Shown: positions 8,863-18,473, counted from the stretch's first letter. The stretch: DNA of 64,000 nt from an uncultured Candidatus Saccharibacteria bacterium (GCA_964345445.1 CAYFQT010000038.1:30893-94892); one strand, 5' to 3'. A program made the numbers and translations. The notes: generated by a model from the sequence alone, not told the origin.

Positions 8863-9594
8863 ATGGATGATATCTATCTTTCAGTGATTATTCCAGCCTA
8901 CAATGAAGAGGAACGTATTGGACAAACTTTGGATCTAGTTTGTAAATATTTAAAAAAACAAAATTTTCCTTCAGAAATTATTGTAGTAAATGATGGAAGT
9001 AAAGATAATACTTTAGATGTAATAAAGGGGAAACGATGTTTAGCTTATTTTCAAATCATTTCTTATTCTATAAACCGAGGCAAAGGTTATGCAATAAGGT
9101 CGGGAGTTAAAAAAGCTCAAGGTAAATATATTCTATTTGCTGATGCGGATAATTCTACTCCTTTTGAGCAAATTAAGAAATTACAAGCGAAGATTAGAAA
9201 TGATTGTGATATTGTTATAGGCTCTCGTTATATATCTGGTGGAGAGATCAAAAAAAAACAAAATGTAATAAGAAGATTTATTAGTCGAGGAGGAAATTTA
9301 TTATTTTGGTTAATTTTAGGACTTAGATTTAAAGACACCCGCTGTGGTTTTAAATTGTTTAAAAGTAAGATAGCTAAACATCTTTTTTCTTTGCAGAAAT
9401 TAGAAAGATGGGGATTTGATACAGAAATTTTGGTTTTAGCTTGTAAATACAAATATAGGGTAGCAGAAGTCCCGGTGATTTGGTATGATAAAACCAGAAG
9501 TCAAATTAATCCTTTCAGTGATTCTTTAAGATCCTTTTGTGAAATATTTCAGATTAAGTGGAATATGATAAGAGGGAAATACAATAAAAATTAA
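8863..9594 (+). CDS. second GT2 polyprenyl-phosphate glycosyltransferase (paralog of 5998..6786)
   Basis: VIIPAYNEEERI, ADADNS. The ORF track starts at 8851, but the Met at 8863 (MDDIYLS) aligns with the paralog. Confidence 0.85.
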   Translation: MDDIYLSVIIPAYNEEERIGQTLDLVCKYLKKQNFPSEIIVVNDGSKDNTLDVIKGKRCLAYFQIISYSINRGKGYAIRSGVKKAQGKYILFADADNSTPFEQIKKLQAKIRNDCDIVIGSRYISGGEIKKKQNVIRRFISRGGNLLFWLILGLRFKDTRCGFKLFKSKIAKHLFSLQKLERWGFDTEILVLACKYKYRVAEVPVIWYDKTRSQINPFSDSLRSFCEIFQIKWNMIRGKYNKN

Positions 9595-9701
9595 AAAATC
9601 AAAATGCAAAATACAAAACGACAAACCAAAGTTTAAAAAGAAAAAATAATTTTGAATTTTTATATGAAATTTTAACTTTTAATATTTTATAAGGAGCAAC
9701 T

Positions 9702-10001
9702 ATGTTAGATCGTACAAAAGAATTATTAAAGTTACAAAAGCAAGCTAGAGAGATTCAAAAAGCTTTAAGAGAAGAAATTATTGAGGTAGAAAAATTAGAT
9801 GGAAAAATCAAAATTGTAATTTCAGGGGAACAAAAAATCCAAGAAATAAAAATTGATCCTTCTTTACTTACAGCTGATAGTGTTTTAAGCTTAGAAAGTA
9901 ATTTGAAAGAAGCTTTTTCTGAAGCTATTACTCGTTCTCAGCAAGTAGCCGCAGCAAAGATGAAGGAAATGGGAGGAGGAATGGGATTACCAGGGTTGTA
10001 G
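9702..10001 (+). CDS. ybaB: YbaB/EbfC nucleoid-associated protein
   Basis: 99 aa, KIDPSLL and C-terminal MGGGMGLPGL typical of YbaB; sits upstream of recR. Confidence 0.85.
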   Translation: MLDRTKELLKLQKQAREIQKALREEIIEVEKLDGKIKIVISGEQKIQEIKIDPSLLTADSVLSLESNLKEAFSEAITRSQQVAAAKMKEMGGGMGLPGL

Positions 10002-10022
10002 AAAAGTATAAGTGATTAAGTA

Positions 10023-10105
10023 ATTAGGAATTTGGAATTAGTAAAGAAGAAGAGTTTATGTTAATCAAAAAGTTTGGAAAACTCTAACTAATTCCTAATT
10101 CCATA
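10023..10105 (+). repeat. long imperfect inverted repeat (AATTAGGAATTTGGAATTAGT / RC) with nested AGAGTTT..AAACTCT hairpin
   Basis: About 18-bp arms around a 40-nt loop between ybaB and recR; possible terminator or attenuator. Confidence 0.4.
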
Positions 10106-10123
10106 TAACTACTACTGATACTT

Positions 10124-10729
10124 ATGAACTATATTCCAAAATCAGTTCAAAATTTAATAAGTGAATTTTCCAAACTTCCTGGAATTGGACCGAAGACAGC
10201 CTCGAGGCTTACTTTTTATCTTCTTAGATCTTCTGAAGAAGATATTGCCTCTTTAGGAAAGACAATTTTAGAATTAAAGAAGAAAATTGTTACTTGTTCA
10301 GTTTGTTGTAATATTGCCGAAGAAAATCCTTGCCCAATTTGTAAAAATTCTCAACGTAAAAAATCTCAAATTTGTGTTGTAGAAGAGCCACTGGATGTAA
10401 TGGCTTTGGAAAAGACTGGTGAATATAAAGGAACTTATCATGTTTTAGGTGGGGCGATTTCGCCAATTGAAGGAATAGGTCCTGAAAATTTATATATCAG
10501 GCAATTGGTCAGTAGGATTAAAAAAAATAGAGATACAATTTCAGAAATTATTTTGGCTACCAATCCTTCTTTAGAAGGGGAAGCTACTGCTATGTATCTT
10601 TTAGAAATATTAAGACCGCATAATATCAAAATTACTCGAATAGCTAGAGGATTGCCGGTAGGAGGAGATTTAGAATATGCTGATGAAGTAACTTTAACCA
10701 GAGCTTTAGAAGGAAGAAAAGTATATTAA
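10124..10729 (+). CDS. recR: recombination protein RecR
   Basis: GIGPKTASRL HhH, C-x2-C...C-x2-C zinc finger, Toprim region. Confidence 0.92.
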   Translation: MNYIPKSVQNLISEFSKLPGIGPKTASRLTFYLLRSSEEDIASLGKTILELKKKIVTCSVCCNIAEENPCPICKNSQRKKSQICVVEEPLDVMALEKTGEYKGTYHVLGGAISPIEGIGPENLYIRQLVSRIKKNRDTISEIILATNPSLEGEATAMYLLEILRPHNIKITRIARGLPVGGDLEYADEVTLTRALEGRKVY

Positions 10730-10796
10730 TATATTCTTTAAAAGATATTTTAGAAAAATCAGGGTAAATACTCTGATTTTTTGTTGGCGCATAAAC

Positions 10797-10825
10797 CTTG
10801 ACTTTTTGCCTATTTTAAGGTATAA
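10797..10825 (+). promoter_or_regulatory. sigma70 promoter TTGACT-17-TATAAT
   Basis: TTGACT at 10797-10802, 17-nt spacer, TATAAT at 10820-10825, upstream of corA. Confidence 0.55.
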
Positions 10826-10920
10826 TAGAATAATTACAAAACTATAGAGACCCGACCCCCAATAGTAAAGACTTGGGGGAGGTTGGGTCTTCAAAAGTCA
10901 ATTCAATTAGCGGTATAGTT

Positions 10921-11841
10921 ATGAATAAAATACAAAAAATTAAAATTGGAAATTTAACCTGGGTGAATATTAAAAATCCTACTTCCAAAGAAATTATTTA
11001 TTTGGAGAAAAATTTTAATTTTCATATTTTGAATTTAGAAGATTGTTTGTCTGTTTTTCAACGGCCTAAAATTGATGAATACCCTGATCATTTATTTATA
11101 GTTTTACATTTCCCCGTATTTGATTATAAAAAAAGAATGCTCAAATCCTCAGAAGTAGATATTTTTATTGGTTCGAATTATTTGATTACTCTTTCCGATT
11201 CTTGCCTAAAACCTTTAAATATTTTATTTGAGAGTTGTTTAAAGGACGAAAAAAATTGTACAGAAATTTTCCAAAAAGGCCCTTTTTATCTTTTATATAA
11301 AGTTATAGATAGGCTAACTGATGATTGTTTTCCCATTTTAGATAAAATAGCTTTTAATATAGAGAAAATTGAAGATCAGATATTCAAAGGCCAGACAAGA
11401 AAGATGGTGGAGGAAATATCTACGGTTAAAAGAAATATTTTAAATTATAGGAAAATTATTGAGCCCCAAAGAGAAGTCATTGCTGACCTGGAAAGTAATA
11501 ATAAAGAATTTTTACCTTCAAATTTAGATATTTATTTTGATGATATTTTAGATCATATTGAAAAGATTTGGTATACATTAGAGAATTATAAAGAGTTGAT
11601 AGACGGATTACAGGAAACTAATGAATCTTTAATTACCCATAAAATTAATGATGTAATGAAAATATTGACTATTTTTTCTGTTATTCTTTTGCCTTTAACT
11701 TTACTCTCTGGAATATATGGAATGAATTTAGAACAGTTGCCTTTAGCTGAACATCCTTTGTCTTTCTGGATAATTTTAATATTTATGATGATTATAGTTT
11801 TAGGCATGCTTTATTATTTTAAGAAAAAGAAATGGTTATAA
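10921..11841 (+). CDS. corA: CorA-family Mg2+/Co2+ transporter
   Basis: YGMNLEQ (GMN motif) before two C-terminal TM helices. The ORF track starts at TTG 10873; ATG 10921 (MNKIQK) is an alternative start. Confidence 0.8.
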   Translation: MNKIQKIKIGNLTWVNIKNPTSKEIIYLEKNFNFHILNLEDCLSVFQRPKIDEYPDHLFIVLHFPVFDYKKRMLKSSEVDIFIGSNYLITLSDSCLKPLNILFESCLKDEKNCTEIFQKGPFYLLYKVIDRLTDDCFPILDKIAFNIEKIEDQIFKGQTRKMVEEISTVKRNILNYRKIIEPQREVIADLESNNKEFLPSNLDIYFDDILDHIEKIWYTLENYKELIDGLQETNESLITHKINDVMKILTIFSVILLPLTLLSGIYGMNLEQLPLAEHPLSFWIILIFMMIIVLGMLYYFKKKKWL

Positions 11842-11842
11842 A

Positions 11843-11898
11843 ATGCGAATTAGTTACAAATGAAATGTATAGTTATTTCTAATGCGAATTAGTTACTA
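11843..11898 (+). repeat. direct repeat AATGCGAATTAGTTAC(A/T)AAT x2
   Basis: Two 20-nt copies 36 nt apart downstream of corA. They are followed by a TGGCGGCAAA...TTTGCCGCCA hairpin at about 11910-11950, a likely corA terminator. Confidence 0.45.
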
Positions 11899-12011
11899 AT
11901 ATTAAATGTGGCGGCAAAAAATGCTATCGCATAATTTGCCGCCATTTGTAATTGGAAATTAAATTTTGCCTAAAATAAGCTATACTGTTATACTAATAAC
12001 AGAGGATCTTT

Positions 12012-13445
12012 ATGCTTAAACTTTACAATACTTTAACTGGTAAGAAAGAATTATTCAGACCTATTGCAGGAAAAAAAGTAGGGATTTACACTTGTGGTCC
12101 CACTGTTTATGATTATATACATATTGGAAATCTGCGGGCATTTACAACTGCTGATATTCTGCGAAGATATTTGGAATATAGAGGTTTTAAAGTATATTAT
12201 ATAAAAAATATTACTGATGTTGGACATATGTTTGCAGATTCGGATGAAGGGAAAGATAAAGTTCTAGAGACAGCTCGGAAAGAAAAAAAAGATCCTTATG
12301 AAGTGGCTAAATTCTATGAGTCTGCTTTTTTAGAAGATGAAGGAAAGATGAATATCAAACCATCTAATGTTTATCCTAAAGCTACTGAACATATTGAAGA
12401 TATGATTGAATTGATAAAAAGATTGATTAAAAAAGGTTATGCTTATGAAACATCGGGTTCTGTTTATTTTAGAGTAAGAAAGTTTAGAAAATATGGGAGA
12501 CTATCAGGAAATACTATAGATCAACTTGCAGCTGGGAAACGAATCCAGCCACATCCTGATAAAAAAGATCCTTTTGATTTTGCTCTTTGGAAAAAAGCAG
12601 AACCCTCTCGTCTTATGAAATGGAACTCGCCTTGGGGTGAAGGTTATCCAGGTTGGCATATTGAATGTTCAGCAATGAGTATAAAATATTTAGGAGAAAG
12701 TTTTGATATCCATACTGGTGGTGAAGATAATATTTTTCCTCATCATGAGGATGAAATAGCTCAATCAGAAGGAGCGACAGGAAAAAAATTTGTTAGATAT
12801 TGGGTGCATACTCGTCATCTTTTAGTTAATAATCAAAAAATGTCTAAATCCCTGGGTAATTTTTATACCTTAAGAGATTTACAGGAAAAGGGTTATGATC
12901 CTAAAGCTTTAAGATATCTTTTTCTGACTTGCCACTTCCGAGATAGATTAAATTTTAGTTTGAAATCTTTATCTAGTGCAGAAAATACTTTAGAGAATAT
13001 AAGAGACTTTTTTTGGCGATTAAAAAATATAAAAAATAACAACAATAGAAGGAATAAAAAAATAGAAAAGTTAATTTCCAAAACTCAAAAGGGCTTTAGG
13101 AAAGAAATGGATAATGATTTAAATACGCCAAAAGCTTTGTCTTATATTTTTGATTTTATGAGAGAGGTTAATAGATTAGTAGATAAAGAGAGATTAAGTA
13201 AAAAAGATGCTAAATTGGTTTATAATGTTTTAATGGAATTTGATCAAGTATTAGGTTTGCTGAAATATTTGTCACATGAAGAAGAAATTTCTGAGGATAT
13301 TAAATTTTTGATCCGTGAAAGAGAAGAGGCCCGGAGAAAAAAAGACTGGGCTCATGCAGATGCTATTCGTGACCAACTTAAAGAAGAGGGTATAGAGTTA
13401 GAAGATACATCTTCTGGAACAAAATGGAGAAAGGTTAAAAAGTAA
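12012..13445 (+). CDS. cysS: cysteine--tRNA ligase
   Basis: HIGN (HIGH) and KMSKS motifs; CysRS architecture. Confidence 0.93.
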   Translation: MLKLYNTLTGKKELFRPIAGKKVGIYTCGPTVYDYIHIGNLRAFTTADILRRYLEYRGFKVYYIKNITDVGHMFADSDEGKDKVLETARKEKKDPYEVAKFYESAFLEDEGKMNIKPSNVYPKATEHIEDMIELIKRLIKKGYAYETSGSVYFRVRKFRKYGRLSGNTIDQLAAGKRIQPHPDKKDPFDFALWKKAEPSRLMKWNSPWGEGYPGWHIECSAMSIKYLGESFDIHTGGEDNIFPHHEDEIAQSEGATGKKFVRYWVHTRHLLVNNQKMSKSLGNFYTLRDLQEKGYDPKALRYLFLTCHFRDRLNFSLKSLSSAENTLENIRDFFWRLKNIKNNNNRRNKKIEKLISKTQKGFRKEMDNDLNTPKALSYIFDFMREVNRLVDKERLSKKDAKLVYNVLMEFDQVLGLLKYLSHEEEISEDIKFLIREREEARRKKDWAHADAIRDQLKEEGIELEDTSSGTKWRKVKK

Positions 13446-13450
13446 ATCAT

Positions 13451-13506
13451 TCCGGGATCGTCCCTGGCCGATACGAGCTCGGCTCGAGCAGGCTAATGGT
13501 AGGACA
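13451..13506 (+). other. duplicated 5' fragment of tRNA-Gln (acceptor 5' strand plus D-arm) interrupted by a 31-nt GC-rich insert
   Basis: TCCGGGATCGTC, then the 31-nt CCTGGCCGATACGAGCTCGGCTCGAGCAGGC, then TAATGGTAGGACA, versus the intact tRNA TCCGGGGTCGTC TAATGGTAGGACA. Confidence 0.7.
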
Positions 13507-13764
13507 ATGAAAATGGAAAAGTATTATTTTTATGTTTTAAAAAGCTTAAAAGATGGAAATTTATATAAAGTGTTTACAAAAGATATCAAAAAAAGATTAA
13601 ATGAACATAATTCAGGTAAAGTAAGATCTACAAAGAATAGAAAACCATTTATTTTGGTATATAAAGAAGAATTTCAAAATAAAAATGAAGTTATTAAAAA
13701 AGAAAAATATTATAAGTCTTTAAAAGGAGGTAAAGAGTTAAATAAAATTATAAGTAATGTTTAA
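13507..13764 (+). CDS. small stand-alone GIY-YIG nuclease family protein
   Basis: YYFYVLKS...GNLYKVFT...R..EHN pattern of the GIY-YIG domain, 85 aa. Confidence 0.75.
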   Translation: MKMEKYYFYVLKSLKDGNLYKVFTKDIKKRLNEHNSGKVRSTKNRKPFILVYKEEFQNKNEVIKKEKYYKSLKGGKELNKIISNV

Positions 13765-13772
13765 GTAATCGT

Positions 13773-13843
13773 TCCGGGGTCGTCTAATGGTAGGACATCA
13801 GGTTTTGGTCCTGAAAATTGGGGTTCGAGTCCCTGCCCCGGAG
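13773..13843 (+). tRNA. tRNA-Gln (anticodon UUG)
   Basis: Manual cloverleaf: acceptor TCCGGGG/CCCCGGA with U1:A72, D-stem GTCT/GGAC, anticodon stem TCAGG/CCTGA, loop TTTTGGT (anticodon TTG), T-arm TGGGG-TTCGAGT-CCCTG, discriminator G; no encoded CCA. Confidence 0.85.
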
Positions 13844-13853
13844 TTCCGCTTAG

Positions 13854-13877
13854 ATGCCTGCATGAAGGCATTTTTTG
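13854..13877 (+). terminator. Rho-independent terminator after tRNA-Gln
   Basis: ATGCCT-GCATGA-AGGCAT followed by TTTTTT. Confidence 0.5.
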
Positions 13878-13928
13878 GGTCTTACCCCAGGCTGGTCATC
13901 GAACCTTATAGTAATATATAGCTCTTGT

Positions 13929-13945
13929 AATACAATTTTTGTATT
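13929..13945. promoter_or_regulatory. palindrome AATACAATTTTTGTATT (TACA-n-TGTA type), candidate metal-regulator operator
   Basis: Perfect 7+3+7 inverted repeat 25 nt upstream of a TTGACT-17-TATAAA promoter (13969-13997) driving the P1B ATPase. Confidence 0.4.
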
Positions 13946-14012
13946 GTAATAATGAAATTGATGTTTTATTGACTAATATTAAGCTAATTTATATAAAGGA
14001 ATTGAAAATAAT

Positions 14013-16010
14013 ATGATGCAAAATAGTCATTCTAATCATAAAAAACATAATATGAAAAGTGGGCAAAATCACCATACTCATATGATTAAAGAATACAAAA
14101 AGAGATTTTGGATATCTTTAGTATTAACCATTCCAATTCTTATTCTTTCACCTGCAATTCAAAATTTTATTGGTATAAGAAATATACTTGAATTCACTGG
14201 AGATATTTATCTTCTATTTACATTAGCCTCTTTTGTCTTTTTCTATGGAGGTTACCTCTTTTTTAAAGGGATATTAAAAGAATTAAAATCTGCCAAACCA
14301 GGCATGATGACTCTTATTGCTTTAGCAATTACTGTTGCCTATGTATATAGTAGCGCTGTCATTTTTGGCTTAGAAGGTAAAATCTTCTATTGGGAATTAG
14401 TAACTTTAATTGATGTAATGTTACTTGGCCACTGGATTGAAATGAAATCTATCATGGGTGCATCCCTTGCGCTTGAAGAACTGGCTAAACTGATGCCTTC
14501 TGAAGCGCATTTAATAATGCCTGATGGGAGTATTCAGGATGTACTATTAGATAAACTTAAGCCTAACGATAAAGTTTTAATAAAACCTGGTGAAAAAATT
14601 CCTGCAGATGGAAATATCATAGAAGGCGAAACTTCAGTCAACGAATCAATGCTTACAGGTGAATCAAAGCCAGTAGCAAAAAAAGTAGATGGAAGTGTCA
14701 TAGGAGGGTCAATCAATGGTGAAGGCTCAATTACGATAGAAATTCAAAAAACTGGTAAGGATTCTTTTCTTTCCCAAATCATACAATTAGTAAAAGATGC
14801 CCAAGAAAGCAAATCAAAAACGCAGGACTTAGCTAATCGAGCAGCTCTTTATTTGACAATTATTGCTATCGTCGGTGGAGTTTTAACTCTGTTTGTTTGG
14901 TTTGCCATTCTAAATAAAGACTTTGCTTTTGCTTTAGAAAGAACAGTTACCGTCATGGTGATTACATGTCCTCATGCTCTTGGGCTTGCTGTTCCTCTTG
15001 TTGTAGCTGTTTCCACTGTTTTATCCGCAAAAAATGGTTTATTAATAAAAAACCGTGTAGCTTTTGAAAGTGCCAGAAATATTCAAGCGATCATTTTTGA
15101 TAAGACTGGTACTTTAACTGAAGGTAAGTTTGGAGTAACGGATACTATGATTTTAGATAGTAACCTAAACGAAAAAGAACTATTACAATATGCAGCTTCT
15201 ATAGAGTCGAATTCAGAACATCCGATTGCCAAAGGAATCACTTCATCAACAAAAGAAGTTTCCCCTGTTAAAAAATTTGAAGCAATACCTGGCAAGGGAG
15301 CAGAGGGAGAGGTTAATGGTAAAGATATAAAAGTTGTAAGCCCAGGCTATCTTAGAGAAAATAAAATAGCAGTTGATAACCATAAGATCGAAAGGCTTAC
15401 TTCACAGGGGAAAACTGTTGTATTTATTTTAATAGATGGAAAGCTCAGTGGAGCCATTGCTTTAGCAGATATTATTAGACCTGAATCGAAAAAGGCAATT
15501 TCTCAACTTAAAAATATGGGTATTAAATGTATGATGCTGACAGGAGACAATAAGCAGGTAGCAGAATGGGTTGCTAAAGATCTTGATCTTGACGATCATT
15601 TTGCAGAAGTATTACCTCACGAAAAATCTGAGAAAGTGAAAAAAGTTCAAAAAAGAGGTCTTGTTGTAGCTATGACTGGTGATGGTGTAAATGATGCTCC
15701 AGCATTAGCTCAAGCTGATGTTGGTATTGCTATTGGCGCAGGAACAGATGTAGCTGTTGAGACGGCTGACATTATATTGGTGAAAAGCAACCCTCTGGAT
15801 GCAGTTGCAATTATTAGTCTTGCTAAGGCTACATACAAAAAGATGATTCAAAACCTAGTGTGGGCTACTGGTTACAATGCTATTGCCATTCCAATAGCCG
15901 CAGGAGCCCTTTTTAGTTATGGGATTCTTCTTAGCCCAGCAATAGGGGCGGCGTTGATGTCGCTTAGCACTGTAATTGTTGCAATCAATGCTAGATTTTT
16001 AAAAGCTTAA
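14013..16010 (+). CDS. copB: P1B-type heavy-metal (copper) transporting ATPase, CopB-like
   Basis: His-rich N-terminus, CPH motif in TM6, DKTGTLT, GDGVNDAPAL. Confidence 0.85.
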   Translation: MMQNSHSNHKKHNMKSGQNHHTHMIKEYKKRFWISLVLTIPILILSPAIQNFIGIRNILEFTGDIYLLFTLASFVFFYGGYLFFKGILKELKSAKPGMMTLIALAITVAYVYSSAVIFGLEGKIFYWELVTLIDVMLLGHWIEMKSIMGASLALEELAKLMPSEAHLIMPDGSIQDVLLDKLKPNDKVLIKPGEKIPADGNIIEGETSVNESMLTGESKPVAKKVDGSVIGGSINGEGSITIEIQKTGKDSFLSQIIQLVKDAQESKSKTQDLANRAALYLTIIAIVGGVLTLFVWFAILNKDFAFALERTVTVMVITCPHALGLAVPLVVAVSTVLSAKNGLLIKNRVAFESARNIQAIIFDKTGTLTEGKFGVTDTMILDSNLNEKELLQYAASIESNSEHPIAKGITSSTKEVSPVKKFEAIPGKGAEGEVNGKDIKVVSPGYLRENKIAVDNHKIERLTSQGKTVVFILIDGKLSGAIALADIIRPESKKAISQLKNMGIKCMMLTGDNKQVAEWVAKDLDLDDHFAEVLPHEKSEKVKKVQKRGLVVAMTGDGVNDAPALAQADVGIAIGAGTDVAVETADIILVKSNPLDAVAIISLAKATYKKMIQNLVWATGYNAIAIPIAAGALFSYGILLSPAIGAALMSLSTVIVAINARFLKA

Positions 16011-16340
16011 TAAAAGGAAGGAGTGAAGTTTTCATTTATTCTAATGAAGAAAATTCTTGATACACAAATTGAATAGCAATGATAGCTTCACTAAAGGTCC
16101 TCACTCAAAAAACTCTTCCAATTCATCGAGCATCTCCATGTTCGAATAAAGGATATCAAAGAGAGTTTAAAAAACGGTTTATAGAGCCATTTTTTTAAAT
16201 TCTTGACATTATAGAGATTATTTAATATTATTTAATATACTATAATTTTTTTAAGGGGGTGATCTTTAACAATTTTTCTTTAAACTTAAAAGTAAAGAAC
16301 TTTACAAGAATAGTAAGATTTTAAAAAAGGAGAGGGAAAG

Positions 16341-16949
16341 ATGAATAATGAGGAAGTTGTAAGTATTTCACAGAAAAGTTGGCATTATAGAACAGTACAT
16401 TGGATGTATCATAATCCACTTTGGAATTCATATCGCGATTATGGATGGAAATCACTTTGCACATATGGAAGAAAACTAATCTTTGCATTATTGATTTTCT
16501 ATCCAATTATAGTTCCAATTCTTCTTCTAGCTTTTGTTTTTGAAAGAATAACTAGAAGATGGATAAAAGAAGATATAATTAGAGAAACAACATCCGGTCT
16601 ATTTGAATGGTTCATATTGAGTATTTTGATTTTTTATAGTTGGTATCAAATAAGAATTGAATATGGATGGTCTGGCTTTCTTGTTGAAGGAATGCCTTGG
16701 TATTATAAAGTTGTTGATTTTATTGCTGTATTCAATATTATTGCAATTGCTATATTTTCCATATCAATTATTTATTTTGTTACTCAATATTTTTTGTGGG
16801 ATCCTTTAATAGAAGAATGGAAATATTTAAAACAAAGATTTGAGAGAACAAAAGAAGGGGAAACTGGAGAATCAGCTATGTCCATAATTGTCAAAACTTA
16901 CCTAGCTTGGAAAAATAAAGTATGCCCACCAGTAGAGTTTGTGGACTAA
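16341..16949 (+). CDS. hypothetical aromatic-rich membrane protein
   Basis: 202 aa, about 4 TM helices, no recognised domain. Confidence 0.45.
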   Translation: MNNEEVVSISQKSWHYRTVHWMYHNPLWNSYRDYGWKSLCTYGRKLIFALLIFYPIIVPILLLAFVFERITRRWIKEDIIRETTSGLFEWFILSILIFYSWYQIRIEYGWSGFLVEGMPWYYKVVDFIAVFNIIAIAIFSISIIYFVTQYFLWDPLIEEWKYLKQRFERTKEGETGESAMSIIVKTYLAWKNKVCPPVEFVD

Positions 16950-17116
16950 ATTTCAAAATTCTATCTGCTTTATGCAGTTACACTATTTAAGAGATCTGCA
17001 CCGTATTTGGTGTTTTAGTGTGTTAAACAAGGTCTCTTTTTTATTTGACAAAAGAATTTTGATATAATAATATTAAGTATCTAGGAGATTTCTAGAAAAC
17101 TAAGGAGTGAGTACCT

Positions 17117-17235
17117 TGAAAAATGAAAAAGTACCTTTTGTTATTACTGATAATAATATAGAAGTGTTTACAGATAAAGATGGTCAATTTGGTAATAATC
17201 AGAGATTTATTGGAAGAAAGGGTGATTATAATTGA
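17117..17235 (+). CDS. putative 38-aa small ORF (TTG start) translationally coupled to the next ORF
   Basis: AAGGAG SD 8 nt before TTG; its stop overlaps the next ORF's start (ATTGA). Confidence 0.25.
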
Positions 17236-17522
17236 GTGAAAAAGGTTTTGTTGAGAAAAATGGTATGCCAGCAGAGATAATGATAAGTATTAAAAAGAAG
17301 AGAGAGAAAAAAAAGGGAAGCTATGTTGCTACTTTATATAGCAACGATATTTGCAAGATTAAAGGATCTTTTTGTGGAGAAGGGAACACCCCGGAAAAAG
17401 CTATAAGAAATCTCATGACAAAAAAATGGCCCAACCATAATATAATGAAGCTCTATGGTGATGTTAATAATATGATTATTTCGGATTTTAAGTATGCAGA
17501 AGAAAATACTAAATCTTATTGA
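17232..17522 (+). CDS. hypothetical protein, weak HicB/UPF0150-like pattern
   Basis: GSYVATL...GSFCGEGNTPEKAIRNL resembles the HicB antitoxin core; low confidence. Confidence 0.35.
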   Translation: MSEKGFVEKNGMPAEIMISIKKKREKKKGSYVATLYSNDICKIKGSFCGEGNTPEKAIRNLMTKKWPNHNIMKLYGDVNNMIISDFKYAEENTKSY

Positions 17523-17965
17523 AAGAGGCGATTGATAAAATGAAAAAAGATTTGGAATTAAATATGGAGTTGGTTTCTTCATTTAGTGATTGTTCAATGG
17601 GATTGAGTCTTTTTCTTCATAATATTAGGGGTAGTCACACTATAGAATTAATTGAAAACGGATTAGGAATTTTGGAAGTTTTAAAACAAGGCAAAAATTG
17701 TGTTGAGGTTGAAAAGAAAATTAACCTAGATCAACTTTCAGCCTGTGAAGAATACAATATAGTTAAAGAATGTCTAAAGGAAGAAAATTTTGATGATTTT
17801 GTAAATGAAATTGAAATATTGTTAAATCATGTTAAAGATTTTCTCAAAGGAAAAAGACCAGATGAACCTGATGAGAAAGATGTAAGGAAAGTCCAAAATA
17901 TGACTTTCAAGATCAGTGAACCATGTTTGACATATGTTTCACAAACAGTTTCACCATTTAGATAG
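17519..17965 (+). CDS. hypothetical protein
   Basis: 148 aa, start overlaps previous stop; no domain recognised. Confidence 0.4.
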   Translation: MKEAIDKMKKDLELNMELVSSFSDCSMGLSLFLHNIRGSHTIELIENGLGILEVLKQGKNCVEVEKKINLDQLSACEEYNIVKECLKEENFDDFVNEIEILLNHVKDFLKGKRPDEPDEKDVRKVQNMTFKISEPCLTYVSQTVSPFR

Positions 17966-17995
17966 AGAATCTTATTGAAAGGGGCGTGAAAAGAA

Positions 17996-18445
17996 GTGAG
18001 CTCAACAACAAAACTTTCTGAAATTTTTCCAGGATTAGATGATTTACTTGAAGAAACCAAAGAAAAAATTTGGTCAGTTCATTTTGTAGGAGAAGCAAGA
18101 GGGTATATTAGAGGATTTTTTTTAGGGAATAAAAGTGTAAAGAACACTTCCTATAATAAGAGGCATATTATTTATATTAAGAATGGAGATTTGATAATTG
18201 AAGAAATTGCTGAGAATATTGTAGATATCGCATTTGGTAAGTCTGATATTTTTATTCCTGAAGATTATGATGATGCTATGGATTTAGTTCAAGGATTATG
18301 TGGACTTATTAGAAATACTATTGCTTGTTTGAATAGTGGTGATCATATAGCAGAAGACATGCTAATATTAGATGTAATAAATAAAAAAGTTCCAGAAATA
18401 GCTTCAGAAAGAGCAAAAGCACAAAAAGTCAGAGAAAAAGTCTAA
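17996..18445 (+). CDS. hypothetical protein (GTG start)
   Basis: 149 aa; no domain recognised. Confidence 0.4.
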   Translation: MSSTTKLSEIFPGLDDLLEETKEKIWSVHFVGEARGYIRGFFLGNKSVKNTSYNKRHIIYIKNGDLIIEEIAENIVDIAFGKSDIFIPEDYDDAMDLVQGLCGLIRNTIACLNSGDHIAEDMLILDVINKKVPEIASERAKAQKVREKV

Positions 18446-18473
18446 GATTGAAAAATAGAGTTTAAAAAATAAT

